A stretch of 64,000 nt of DNA from Paramecium tetraurelia. Lineage: Eukaryota. How positions within the stretch are numbered: position 1 is the first letter of the stretch; every line of letters starts with the position of its first letter. Shown piece by piece: positions 13,168 to 26,175 of this stretch. Location: positions 310,001 to 374,000 of the forward strand of contig CT868485.1 in NCBI GenBank assembly GCA_000165425.1, in the 5' to 3' direction. Position numbers and translations under genes: made by a program. Below the pieces are notes generated by a model, which saw only the letters and a list, made by a program, of their open reading frames with translations, did no database searches and had not been told where the DNA came from.

Positions 13168-14269
13168 ATGAAAAACTACAAAAAAGTTGGACTTTCAAAT
13201 ACTAAGCACTTAAACGATGAGATTGGTTATTATAAGGAGTGCATAAGGTTTCTTCCATCTGAAAGAGTTAATGACTATTGTATTTCTGATGCCATAAATT
13301 ACGATCTATTAAGGGAAGCAGGAATGAAAAGGAGCAAAGCACTCCAATTTTGTACTGCTCATCATTGTAAAATTGATTCAACACAAATTAAACATGGTCC
13401 TCCAGGTTTAAAGATTTTTAAAACAAAAATAAATAAATTTAAGTAATTAAATGGATGGCAGATGGTAGGAAGACTAAATTATGAGGAGTCTATGCAATAA
13501 GAGTATTCTGATGATACTAAATGGTAAATATAAGTATAAAATAAAGAAGAGTCAAAAAAATTGGAATAATTAAAATAATTTTATAGTGATCTGGATATAA
13601 AATATTCATTCAATGATTTGAGTTTAGATGAAACAATCACAAAATTGAGATCTTTGTCATCGGAACAAAACTATAAGAATAGAGTACCGCAACATCAAAT
13701 AAAGGACTCCAAAAATAACATAATGTACTATGAGATGGCAGAGTATATTTTATAATTAAAAAAACCCCAAAAAACCTTGATTTCCGATTTGTGTGCATTC
13801 GATGATTCTTTGCCATTAGCAAGACAAGAATACTATGAAATTTAACCAAAAAGAATTAAGAATGCAACTCCTTTGTATTCACCATAAAATTACGAGAAAA
13901 GATCGAAATTACTAAAAGAACTAACCAGAGCTTATACTGGGAATGTGACTATAACTGAATCCTCGGAAGAAATAAATAAAGTAAGTAATTTATCAATTGA
14001 TGGCTATTAGATCTTCCTATTAGATTGATTACAACAACAGCTAATATATATAAGGGTATAAATAGAAAAGGGTAAATGGGGCTGTGCTTTCAAGCTTAAA
14101 AGAAAATGAACAGTAAAAGACAAGGAAAATGAAACAAAGATGCAGCATAAGGACTCAAAGAATAAGTAGACAATCACCTGAGGAGGAAAGAATCAATAAA
14201 AACGCATAGTTCAACAATAAATTGAAAGATTTCATACACAAAAGCATAAAGCGATTGAATTATTAATGA
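13168..14269 (+). CDS. Hypothetical protein (frame break near 13980; unshifted frame stops at 14028)
   Basis: Open code-6 frame 13168-14028. A second, natural-looking frame (+1) continues to TGA 14267-14269. Confidence 0.55.
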
Positions 14270-14309
14270 ATTAACAATTCTTTGAATATATTATTAAATA
14301 TTGTTATGA

Positions 14310-14718
14310 TCAGCCTTTTTTATCCAGATTCTCAAATTTGCACCAAGATGATCCAGTTTCTATTGATTCTAACTAATCTTTATACTAATCAAATACTTCA
14401 TCTGATATTTCTTCTTCAGTATGTCCACTCCTTAAAACTGAGGTCCAAAAATTTAACCACTCTTCCTCGGAGATCGTACCACTATTATCAGTATCAACAG
14501 ATTTGAACAACTCTTCAGTATTGAGTTTTGCGAAATTGCTTTTCCTGAAGGTGTAAATTTGATAAAATATTACCAATATTTGATTGTTTCTGTTTTTTCA
14601 ATAGATTTCGAACCATCTACATCGAATTTGGCGAATAATTTGAGGACTCTCTCTCTCATTTAGGGAGATAACTTAATTACAAATTCATTCATACTTCTTT
14701 TCCTTGAGTGTGACCCAT
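14310..14718 (-). CDS. Small two-EF-hand calcium-binding protein
   Basis: EF loops DVDGSKSIEKTE and DTDNSGTISEEE; N-terminus MGHTQG; two tiny introns. Confidence 0.85.
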
Positions 14719-14834
14719 AATTAATTAATGTTTGATATTTTTATTATTTATAAGTTTTGGTCCTGATCAAATTTGAGAATTCATTCTGATTGACTAAATA
14801 ATTGAGCAATAAAATACATAATAATATATAATAG

Positions 14835-17166
14835 TCAAAGTTTAGATCTTAAGTACGCTTTAAGCTAATCAATTTATATTGGTTTTACTAAATAGCCATC
14901 CATTCCATTCTGCAATGCCAACTGTTCTTCCTCTTTCTTTGAATAGGCCGAACAACCTATGATTTGTATTTTTGGAAACTGCTTCTTTATTGAAATAGTA
15001 GTTTAGATTCCATTCATAGTTGGCATATCAATGTCCATAAAAATTAGATCATACCCATTGCATTTCTTGCATCTGTTCATTTTAACCATCTAAATAGCAC
15101 TGTATCCATCCAGAGAACAATCGAATTATATAGAAGGGCTTATTTTCATGATCAAAAATTTGAGCACCTCAATATTAAATGCATTGTCATCCACGATTAA
15201 AATGCTGATGCATTTGCATTTACTTTAACGATGAGTTTTTATATTATTATATCTCCATAAACTTTATCTCCGTTCTGGACTCTCTTCATCAATTTCATCC
15301 ATTTCCTCCTTGATCTCAGTTTCATACACATTCTTAGAAACATAAAACCAAAACGAGGATCCATTAAGATATTCCGATTGAAATTGTAATCCTTTCTCAT
15401 TTTTACTTAAGTTCCTTGCAATCATATTACTTATAAGCAATCCCAAACCGACTCCCTAAGGATTCAGTTTTTTGCTGTCTTTATCATCTACTTTCGAAAA
15501 CGCTTATATCAAATTCTCTTTGTACTCCTCCTTTATCCCCTAGCCAGTGTCATGAATCTCCACTTTAATCGAATTATTTAAGTAATTAGATACTCTTATT
15601 TCAATTTACCCTTGCAATGTAAATTTAAATGCATTGCCTAGTAAATTAATGATAATTTATCTAATCCTATTGGGATCATTATTTAGCAATCTAGGAGCAC
15701 TCTTTCTATAAATTAATGACAATTTGATCTTTTTTAAACTTGCTTCTAATCTGAACAATTCTAAACATTCCTCGATTAATTTTTGTAAATCCATTTCTAC
15801 TGGACATATCGAAAACTTGCCAGCTTTCAACTAAGCAAAATCTAATAAATCATTCGATAAATTCAATAAATAATTGCAATTGGATAAAGCAATTTTTAAG
15901 TATTTGCTTTACAAATTCATATCTTTTTCTTCCTACAAAGCAGAGATGAATTAGATGATTGAGTTCAAAGGTGTTCTGTATTCATGACTCACAAATGAAA
16001 TGATGTTTGATTTTGCCTAATATGATTTCTTAACTAGACTGATGTAATCCCTATGAGTTACATCTCTGATTTGTAGAAGAATCATCAATCTCTCATCAAC
16101 CAAAGTTGCATGAGCATTGATTTCAAGCAATCTCTTTTTTTTCGGTTATTCTAGATCCACACAACAAGCATTTTCATACCAGTTGGCTAAATAACTACCT
16201 ATGTAAATAGTGTTATGAGGACTGCTTTTCAGGATTTGGAAGAATCTCTTGTTTGGTTGGATGCTGCTTAAATCACTTAGTATTTGCTATAGTAAAAAAA
16301 TCAAATACATTCAAATCAAGATCTTCCTTTAATTATTTTGGATTGTTTATTTTATATTATTAGAAAGACTGTTAGAAACTATGAAAAGAAGGAAGAGAAT
16401 CTCTGGGATCTCGGGTTTCTGATTTATTCTAAGTTGATACAATATCAGTAAGTTATTCTAAACAACTCTTAAAATTTGACATTTCACTTATCTTAAACAG
16501 TTCCAATGTTGCAGCATTGCAAAAATGCACATTTAACTATTGTGCTGTCATCAATACTAAAGAATCTGGAATCAAGTTGAAAAAGTGGAAACATTCCTGT
16601 AATTCTTGTTACAACGAATTGGTTGAAGAATGAAGTTATTATTTTTTATGCTCCGGCGTTGGAACTATGTTTAAAATTGATTTCTCCGAAGACTTTTTCG
16701 ATAAATAGGATTACTATTAAGCATCCACTTCAACCTATTTTGAGTATACCCATTCAGTATAGAGATTTAAAAATAATAAAATTAACCCAGCTCCGAAAAT
16801 GTATAAATCAAAGGAATTCCAATGGCTTATTCTAAATAAGACATAAAAATTCAATAGCATTGTAATTTTATTCCATTTACAATCTTATATTCTTACTTGT
16901 CCAATTTGAATGCAAATGAAGTATAAGAAAAAAACACTTATTTTATTGAGTTAAATACTGCATTCAACAAAAAACAAGCCCTAACAAATTGAGTAAAATA
17001 TTTTCATTTCCAATTATCTCTTTGAATTCCAATATTTTGATAAGAATGCAGTAAATTACAAAATACTCATCAAACATAGTAGTATAATCATTAGCAGCCA
17101 TGAAAAGTCAAATAGAGGTATGAGGACTATAGGAAGCAATCCTTCAAGAAACACTTTTATTTTCAT
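14835..17166 (-). CDS. Hybrid sensor histidine kinase (TM + PAS-like + HisKA + HATPase + receiver)
   Basis: H-box SFVSHEYRTPLNSI, N-box RIRQIIINLLGNAFKFT, DTGQGI, GVGLGLLIS; receiver ILIVDDN, MDIDMP, YLVKP. Intron of 22 nt at 16287-16308; 770 codons after splicing. Confidence 0.93.
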
Positions 17167-17877
17167 TTTATTATATATATTTATATATTAAAATCAAGTC
17201 ATTAAATAAATAATAGAAAACGTAATTAACTTTTAGAAAACTAAATAAACATTTCATAAATTGGTTGTGTCAGTTAACACTTTATCAAAATATCTCAAAA
17301 CATGAGTTTTAAATTCACTCATAAATGTTTGTATTAAATAAAACTTACTTCAATTTATTGACTTTCATCTAAATCAAAAGAAGAGATGTTTATTTTTAAT
17401 TAATCAAACTCACCAACTGAATTAAGTTAAAAAAGTTAAAAACAAAAATAGAAATTTTCTAGAATTTCAACAATTTGAATAGAATATCTGAAGAACATAT
17501 GGTTTTGTAGTGTTTCATTAACATAATATTATAGATTGTCCTTAATTACAAAAAAAAAATACTATTATTGATTATGAATTTTATTATTAATTTTTGAGAA
17601 TTTTGTTATTATTTTTGAGTATTTTAATTAAATTTACCATTAGATTGCGAGTAGTGGTTTGAAATAGCATCTCAAAATCAAAATACTCTCGAATTAAACA
17701 TGATACTTATGATTGAAAATATTATAACTTTGATCTCCATTATTTTTATGATCTTTTATTATGAATAAGCATTTTTCTACAATTTCGATATTGTATTAAT
17801 GTTCATCTATAGAATTCTACAATCTACGTGTTTTCTTATATGAATAATATTTAATTAAAAAATAAAATCTAACGTAT

Positions 17878-19324
17878 ATGAGTTAGACGGAACAATAAGA
17901 ATTCAATTATGATAGATAATATCTAGATGTGTTTGGTTGCATGCATAACACAAGGATCACTTTTTCAGGGAAATAGATTTGTTAGCAATGTGGCATATTT
18001 ATTTACAATGTAAATTATTCGATTCTAAATCAGACATCAACAAAGGTGTACAAGACAATAAAAATGAGATATAATGCATTTTTTAATCCTACCAACATAT
18101 TGAATAAAGCATTGGATCCTCAAATTATTTAGCAACATTAAATAAATAGATAGCCAGTTATTGATTTCATTGAATAGGCATCAGAGAGATTGAATCTGAG
18201 TGCTAATACTTCATTTTTGGCCATCACCTACTTAGATAATTTTTTTAATTAGCAAGGAATACATGAAGATCAAATATTTTTATATGCAGCAACTGCATTG
18301 ATGTTGGCAGCGAAAGCATAAGAATTAGACGAAAAGATTCCCTTCATAAGTAAATTGAAGAGATACTCCTCAATGACATCCCATCCTGAAGTAAACAACT
18401 ATACAACTCAAGAATTTCGAAATGCTGAAAAGGCGATCGTTCAATCACTTGATTGGAAACTACAAAGAGTTACTTTGTTGGATCGAATAGAAACCTTGCT
18501 TTCTTTTGGGGCAATCGATGATGACGATAGTCTGGTTCAACAGCAGCCACCATAATAAAAGGAAAACTAAGAATAATAATAAGTTCACATTAAAATAAGA
18601 GATTTAAATGAAACTCAGATTGTAAATTATGTCAAAGAAATAGAGAATAAATATATAGAGACTGCTTTTACTGTACTTAGAGGTATTCTATCAAGTTTAT
18701 TTAGATGATTCAATATACTTCTCAAATGATTAAGCAATTTTGGCATTATCTTGTGTGGCCTACCTAAGAAAAAAGGCTGGATTACTAAATATTTGGTCTT
18801 AATAATTATAGGCTTTAACTGGAGAGTCAACATAGAAAATTTCATCTACAGTTTCATAAATAATGACTTTAACACCGAAAACCAAAGCAATGAACATTCC
18901 TAAACCTTTGATCACTACTTAGTCTAGTTCATATTTATAAAATTTCTAGAATCCTCCCTCTCAAACAAAGACTTCTTAAGCCAAAAATAGATAATATTTG
19001 TTTGAGTCTAACAAGCAATCAACTGCAGATATTTTACAATCATACAATACAACTAAGGCTCAAGTGAAGGTCCCCCTATTTTAGTCTCAATCCACAATGC
19101 AACTATCGAAGAATGACATTATGAAGCCACATCAATTGAATTAAAGTAAATATACAAGTAGAAATACTAATTTTCCAATTACTACCACTGCTAATTATTC
19201 TTACTTATCTGACAATATTGTACATCCCAATTCATATATAAAACATGTCGAATTAGATAAAAAATATGAACATGTTCATAAGGTAAGCGAAGCTAAATTT
19301 AGAACCAAATTATTCAATCAATGA
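17878..19324 (+). CDS. Cyclin (cyclin-box protein, D/J-like)
   Basis: RQPVIDFIEQASERLNLSANTSFLAITYLD, ATALMLAAKAQELD, AEKAIVQSLDWKL; intron 18683-18704. Confidence 0.88.
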
Positions 19325-19381
19325 AACAACTTATACAATTATAAAATACTATTTTTTTATTACATAACAATATTTATTAAA

Positions 19382-20540
19382 TCATACGTTAAACATAGAT
19401 TTAACAGCCTCATTAATAAATTTATATATATATATGTATTGCTCTGAAGTATGAACCATTCCCCATCTTTGTTCTCTTAATCTACGAACAATCCCAAAGA
19501 TTGAGATTCTGAAAAGTTCAGGATTTTCTTCCAATTCTAAGACAAATTAACAAAATAAATACTTTATTTGTCCTCCCCAATATGCTATTTATATGCTCTT
19601 AATAAAATCATCAAATTAGCCAAAGCAATTAAAGTACCAGTACGACCAACCCCAGCACTATAAAATCTAAGATAAACATTACCTGCAATGAAAAACAACT
19701 TTTTGATCCAATAACAATTTCTCGTTAATCATATTCAAAAGTTCTCTCATAACATCAAAATCACTAGGAGATGGTACTCCTTAATCAGGCCAGCCACACC
19801 ATTAAATTTGAATTACTGACTTCTCTTCTTATTCTGATGTAACTTTAACTACCCTTTTGATGATATTGTTTCCCAAATCATCCTGACTGAGTAAGTTAAC
19901 TTATATATTTCCAACCTGGATTGATTCCCCAACATTCTTCGGCCAATATTACTCACATTAAGCCTATATGATAGTAGGTGACATACTCTTTAATTCTCTC
20001 TTAAATTGCAGAGCATAACAATCATAGCCATGTCTTCTTAAATCACCATTCTCCAGAAATGCCAGAACGTCTAATTTAAAGGACCTTGAGTGGCAATAAT
20101 CATTTTTTCCTTTCCATTAATAAGCTATAAAAAATATGAAAACAAATTTGATACATTAATAAAATTGGCATTTATATAAGTATCTTTATAATTTTCTTCA
20201 TCTTCTCCTTCTTATTTGAGCTTGACAATTGAATGTTTGACTATTGATTAAATTTCATATACATGGTATAATGTTATTATATCTATTCAATTTCTATAAG
20301 TCTGGATGAAAATCATGCAGATTTTCATTGTGAAATTAGGTTTCTGTCAATCTACGTAACAACTTCTTAAGAACTTTTATATACTCTAAATTCCATTTCT
20401 AAATCTCTTTTTTGTATTTCCGAATTGATATGCAGTATTGGTATTCCTCTTTCAATTGCCACTAAGTCAGGACTGCCTGTTAACCATTGATACGAATAGT
20501 CATTATTAATTTCCTTGCCTTCAACTAAGTACCCTTGCAT
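19382..20540 (-). CDS. Classical protein tyrosine phosphatase
   Basis: LNRY, YINANF, IATQGP, FWRMV, QYWP, WPDQGVP and HCSAGVGRTG (split by an intron); about five tiny introns. Confidence 0.93.
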
Positions 20541-20566
20541 TATTTTAATTTATTAAATTCCATCAG

Positions 20567-21329
20567 ATGAGACCAGGAGAAGTTTTTGAAAAGTTTATCA
20601 GTCAAGCCCCAGAATTTGTACCTCAAAAGAATCAATCGTATACACTTTAAGAAGATCTCAAAATAATGTTGGCCCTTAAGGATGTCAGCATAGTTTAGTC
20701 TAAAAACTTTAGAGATATTGAAGAGAGCCAAATTGTTAAAAGAACTTACAATTCTATAAAAAACAGGTTAGCTCACATCTTATAATAGATATATGGATTA
20801 CCTTCAATATCTGTCCTAGGATAATATGGATTAAATTGCTTAACATTTAAATGAACATGGATTGGTGGGATATTTGTTATTTAGTAATTCAACACCAAGA
20901 GAATTATTAAAGATTGTTACTTTCGATCCTAAAATAATGGAGAAGGAAAAAAAGAAAGTGGAAGACGAACTCGAGATTAATAAATTGTAAAAGGTTAAAG
21001 TTGAACACAAAAAACAAATTGATCCTACTTTCCCCAGAAATGATTTTGATAAATTTTCAATCGAGGATATGGATCAAGTAGTTACCATCTTGTCGGAATA
21101 TAAAGGAGTTCCAAAAGCATACTTAGTTGAAAGACTCCATTAATTAAGTGGAAATCTAGAAGACTTGGATGGATTCTTAAAAACTAATGATGATACTTAT
21201 TGTTTCTTAGAAGAAGAAGACCACTTATTGAAAGATGATCACAACAAGGAAAGTCCAGCAATCCGACTATTAATAAGAAAGAAGGGTATATAAAGAGTCT
21301 AAAGAAGATTAAAATACTTAGGGATATGA
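20567..21329 (+). CDS. Rap1/TERF2IP-like protein (Myb domain + Rap1 C-terminal domain)
   Basis: 246 aa after removing intron 20767-20788. Myb-like YTLQEDLKI...RTYNSIKNRYMDYL; C-terminal LSGNLEDLDGFL...EEEDHLLKDD...LIRKKGIQRVQRRLKYL resembles the Rap1 RCT domain. Confidence 0.7.
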
Positions 21330-22577
21330 TTATTAAAATTATAAAGATAAATATTATCATTTAATTTAAATTTGTAAATTAGGTGGCATTTTCTATATAT
21401 GCATTTTTGTTAATAACTACATTCACATATATATGAAAATGCAATAAACGAATTATAAAGGACAAAGCAGAGATTTTCCAAAGTTTAAAAGAAGTTATAA
21501 TGATTAAAAGAAAAGGGGAAGTCTATACTTATTCTACTTTTTTTCGACTAAACGTTTCAATATTAAAAATCTAATGCAAAAACTCTTAATTATCTATAAT
21601 TATAGACCAAACTATGATGAAAAATAAAAATTCTGTTGACCTTACAAGAAATTTTACAAATAGAATTATAAATAAAGATAATCATGGAGTAGATATTGCG
21701 TCAGAAAAAAAATAATTTATAAATGAATCTAAATTAGTATTGAAAGAATATATATATATATTAGCATTGAATAAATTTTAATTTTGTCATTTAGATATTA
21801 AAATCAAATAATTTATACATAGGTATCAATTTTCTAATTATTACATTTCGGAATGTAATGATTAAAAAGGAACACTATTCACTATTCTATCAAACAACAT
21901 ATGGACGCAACCTTTTCTTTTTAATGATTTTAAACAAATATCAAAAGAAAGCATATTTAAAATTGTATTTAAATTTATAAAACAAATTTAAATAATAATT
22001 ATCATAGAAATAGTATTATAAATGGAACAGTTTCCTCTATTTGATCTTAATTTTTTTGAATAACCAATAGTCTATTCTCATGAGATTTTAAGAATATTTA
22101 TACACAAAATAGGCAAAATACTTTTCTTTGTATACATCAAAAGCTTATCATTGTTCTTTCACTTTAGATATTTCATATAATTGTGTATATTTAAACTCTG
22201 CTTATTAGTGTAATTAATTTAAAATTAATTCTGCTTTTCTTGAAAGAAACTGAGAAAAAAGACTAATTTTATATTAATAATAAATCAAATTATTAGTGCT
22301 AATTAGTTAAAGAGTTATAATATATTGAAAACTTTAATTCTTTTGATTAGATTATTTATGATAGAAGTTGAATAACATTAGTATATATATAATGTTTGTA
22401 ATAAATGATTAATAAGTATCTTTTAAATCCCTTTTTAAGTATAAAATCTATATCTTAAATATTTAGCACATTTCATATTTTGAGTGATTAATAATCACAT
22501 AGTTTATTCTATAAACACATATAGAATAAATCGATTTTTAAGGCGTCTAAATATTTAGAAATTAATTATTAATAAAT

Positions 22578-23273
22578 ATGGGAAACGAATAACCTAAGCC
22601 TTAAGCTCCTAAACCTACAATTGACGATGCAATTTTGGATATGAAATTGGCATCAAAGAGATTTGCCAATGAATCAAGAAGATGCGAGAAGGAGAAAGAT
22701 AAATTAATGAACCAAGCAAAAGTAGCTTTATAGAAAAACAATGAGGAAGGTAAGAATTGGTTCGATGATGTTTAGGTGCAAGACTATTCTTAACATCAGC
22801 CATGAATAAACAGAAGGAAGCAGAGAGCTTATAGAAGATGGCACATAAAATGGATCATATGCAAGGCATTATAAAATCAAGCACAAACCAAACTAAAACA
22901 GTGGAAGCTCTTGCAAAAATTAGTCCTCTCATGAGTTAATAAGTAAAAAAAGGCAATAACATTAGATTTAAAACATGCCCTTAGAGTTGGTTTATCAAAA
23001 CATGAATCAATTTGAGAAAGCAATGGATGAAATGACAGTGTAAGGAAACATAATGACAGGAATGATGAACCAAAATAACAACATAGGATAAGATTTGGCA
23101 ATCGATTAAATGATGGGATAATTAAAATAAGAATTGCATAGTGAGGTAAATACTAATATTAATTTTAGGTGGCCAACGATTTAAATGCCAATCCTAATGT
23201 TCTCTTTAAGGAGTTGAACCAACAGAATCCATAATAAAATGCTCAACCGATTAGTAATAACTAAATTAAATGA
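22578..23273 (+). CDS. CHMP1: ESCRT-III subunit, CHMP1/Did2 (Snf7 family)
   Basis: DMKLASKRFANESRRCEKE...AKVALQKNNEEGARLF...MNQFEK; three tiny introns. Confidence 0.82.
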
Positions 23274-23314
23274 TTTTATGAAGATTTCTATATTGAATAT
23301 ATTGGACTTCATAA

Positions 23315-24482
23315 TCAAAAGACCTCTTCTCTGATTTGGAGGAATTCTGATGCAGCGCTCAACTTTTGAGTGAGAACTTCTTATAATCTTTCAACAACTT
23401 CCAATTATTGTTCTCTTTCGAAGGTTTAAGCTTCATATTGGGATTCTTATTCAGCAGCCCATCTTTCTTAAATAGCCAATGAGTCTTCAGCATCTTCAAG
23501 GAATAACTATTGACATTAATCTTAAAATTTACAGTTTGATCTTCTAAATCCTCAACAGACTCTTAAATGGTCACTTTGAATTGGACAATTGAGTTTTCTA
23601 AGAAAGCCTTTCTTTCGACTAATCTCTTGTGTTCTTCTTACAAATGGGAACTTTGAACTTCCCAGTTGGCAGCTTGTCTTTCTTCTGTGGCAAGTAAGGA
23701 TGCTCTGCTGGCAACCAATTGTTATCTGATTTGAGCCAAGAGTTCTAAGATCTTGATGATGCTCTTGTTGTCGACCTTTGAGGCTAATTAAGTCAAGGCG
23801 TTGATGAGTGGCTAGAATTGAGATAAAAGAGAGTACCTTGAAGAGTGCGTGTTTGGATTCCATCAATTTGGCTTAGACCTTTTCGAATCTACTTTTGAGT
23901 TGAGCAAAGGCAACACCAGCTTATAAATGTTAAACGATCTTTGAAGCTTCATCAATAGCTTCCATTTAATCAACGTGTTCTGCATCTTTTCTAACCCAGG
24001 TATCGTGTTATGATTGTCTTGTAGCAGATTCATCAGCAAAGCTTTTCTCGTTATTGGCAATATCTGAGGTAACAACTCTGACTTCGGATTCAGCTTCACC
24101 CAAAGCTTCAGTTGTGGAGTCTCTCAAATTTGAAAGAGCAACAATTTGGGTTTAATGATAAGCAATTTCTTGTTCTAAGTCAGCAATAATCTAATAAAAA
24201 TTAATTAAATAGACAAACCTTTTCGAAAGCAACTGTATCACTTTCGTGAACTTTGTCAGCTTTCTTTTAATCTCCATTAAGTTGGGAAGCAATATTGTTT
24301 AAGAGAATTTGAATTTCACCTACGGGTCCACCTGTTGCCAATTAAAGTTAAAGGACTGACAACACTGAATTTCCAAATGAATCCTTGTTAATTTAAGCCA
24401 ACACTTCCTTTGGACTTTCTGTCTTTGTCACTCTAGCAGTTGCAACTGCGAGAATAAGAGCCAATACAGGAACGATTCTCAT
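23315..24482 (-). CDS. T4: Trichocyst matrix protein, T4 family precursor
   Basis: Signal peptide, then SVLQLQLATGGPVGEIQILLNNIASQLNGDQKKADKVHESD...QKLSAASEFLQIREEVF, recognised as the Paramecium T4 TMP sequence; three tiny introns. Confidence 0.92.
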
Positions 24483-26175
24483 GTTATTAATATTAATGAA
24501 ATGAAATCACAATCACTCTCCAAGACATTAAAAATTACCCGTTTTTCAATTTATTTCTACATCCCTCATTAATACGTTTTTCTTTTTAATTAAAACTCAT
24601 TCATTTCATTAGCTCTAATCAAATGCACATCATGAACATACTCTGAACAATGGCAGCCACTAATCTCTAAATCTCAACTATTCTGAATCATTTAATTTTT
24701 TTGAAGAAAAAGAAGCCCTTAATTCATCATATTAAGTTGTACTTTCTTCGGAATTCAACCTCAATCATTACCATGTCTGTAACGATGTGTTCATCACTCC
24801 TTATTCATTATAGAATTAAAGTAGAAAACTGAAATTCCTGAAATTCTTAAAAATCATTAATTGGGTTACAATTACTTTTTCTCTTGAAATGCTAAATAAG
24901 TTCAGTGTTCAATCAATAAATCTTTGTGTATCTTATACGTTACAAGAAATAAAAAGATTTGCCAAGATACGGAGACTTTACTTTCGATGATACAACCAGC
25001 TTCTATTTTTATTAAACCACAATTATTCAACCTTTGCAATCAGTTTATACATTCATTGCTAACACTCATTTTTTCGGATGTTTTGAAATATTACGCTTAT
25101 CTTCAAAAATATTTTATTCAATTCTATTATAAGTTAATAGTAAAAATCTATAGTTTTAGAGAACTATTGCTAATAATTTTAGTTAACTATGTTTATTTAT
25201 TATTATTAATTATAAACACTCATTCAATGCAGAATTTTAGCATTTTTTTAAAATGGTCAACTAATCAATAAAAATCTCGACCAATAAGGAATTAATTAAT
25301 AAATGAAATCAATATGATAAATGGATTTCTTTTTTAATTGAGATTGGTTAAAATATTCAAAAATACAGATTGACAAACACTTAATCTTAATAATTTAGCA
25401 AAATTTTATTCATCACAAGTAGTTAAGACCACAATCTATAAATGAAGAAAATTTATTTTTTATTTTGATAAAAGCGATTTAAACCATATAAGACTTTTCT
25501 TTTTTAAGTTTGAAACAATTTAAAGTTTAAATTTGATATAAGCATAAAATGAAGGAATGATTTAAAATTAAATAAACCATTAATTAAGACAAGTGAAACT
25601 TAACAAATATGCAATAATCTCTAATATCTCTTACAATGATTTTATAAATTTATAGTAAATAATTAGTATTTTTGATTTTGAGAATATAAATAAAGAAAAA
25701 TGTTATCAAATGAATTATTGATTAAATTAATAGTTCCCTCAGCTCTTATTATGTGTATAAGATAGAAGATTATTTTAATCTCTCTTTTCTTACTAATTTG
25801 AAAATATTTTTCAAAATAAATTCTCAAATCAATAGAAGCTATTTAAACTAATAACAAATATCGATAAATTTAAAAATTTATAAGAATGAACCTATCCTTA
25901 CCAAAACTCCATTCTATTACTTTATTACGTTATCAATAAAAATTACAATAAAGATTCCTAAAATTGATGTGAATCTAAGAACAAAGCATAATTCCTAATT
26001 GTGAATATATATATTATATATTATTAAGATATCTATAATTTTCAATAATAAACTCGTATAAGTAAGATAATTAATCACGAAAATATGTAGAAAAACAACT
26101 TAATCTGAAATATAAAAGAAAATGAAAAAAAATGAGTGTGAAATTAAATTAGCAGTTTATATAATATAATTTCAA

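Noticed and set aside
14835..17166. Histidine kinase as sign of bacterial contamination or recent HGT
   Set aside because: It uses TAA/TAG as Gln and has a spliceosomal mini-intron; hybrid histidine kinases are a known expanded ciliate family.
21330..22577. AT-rich gap as a possible transposon, IES block or ncRNA locus (likewise 9305-10000, 17167-17877 and 48927-50199)
   Set aside because: No terminal inverted repeats, transposase motifs, telomeric repeats or tRNA/snRNA structure could be identified by eye.
24600..25300. Coding-like stretch upstream of T4, and the 115-aa ORF-track call
   Set aside because: No ATG-linked consistent frame or recognisable motif; long TGA-free runs arise easily in code 6. 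May be a relic but cannot be supported.
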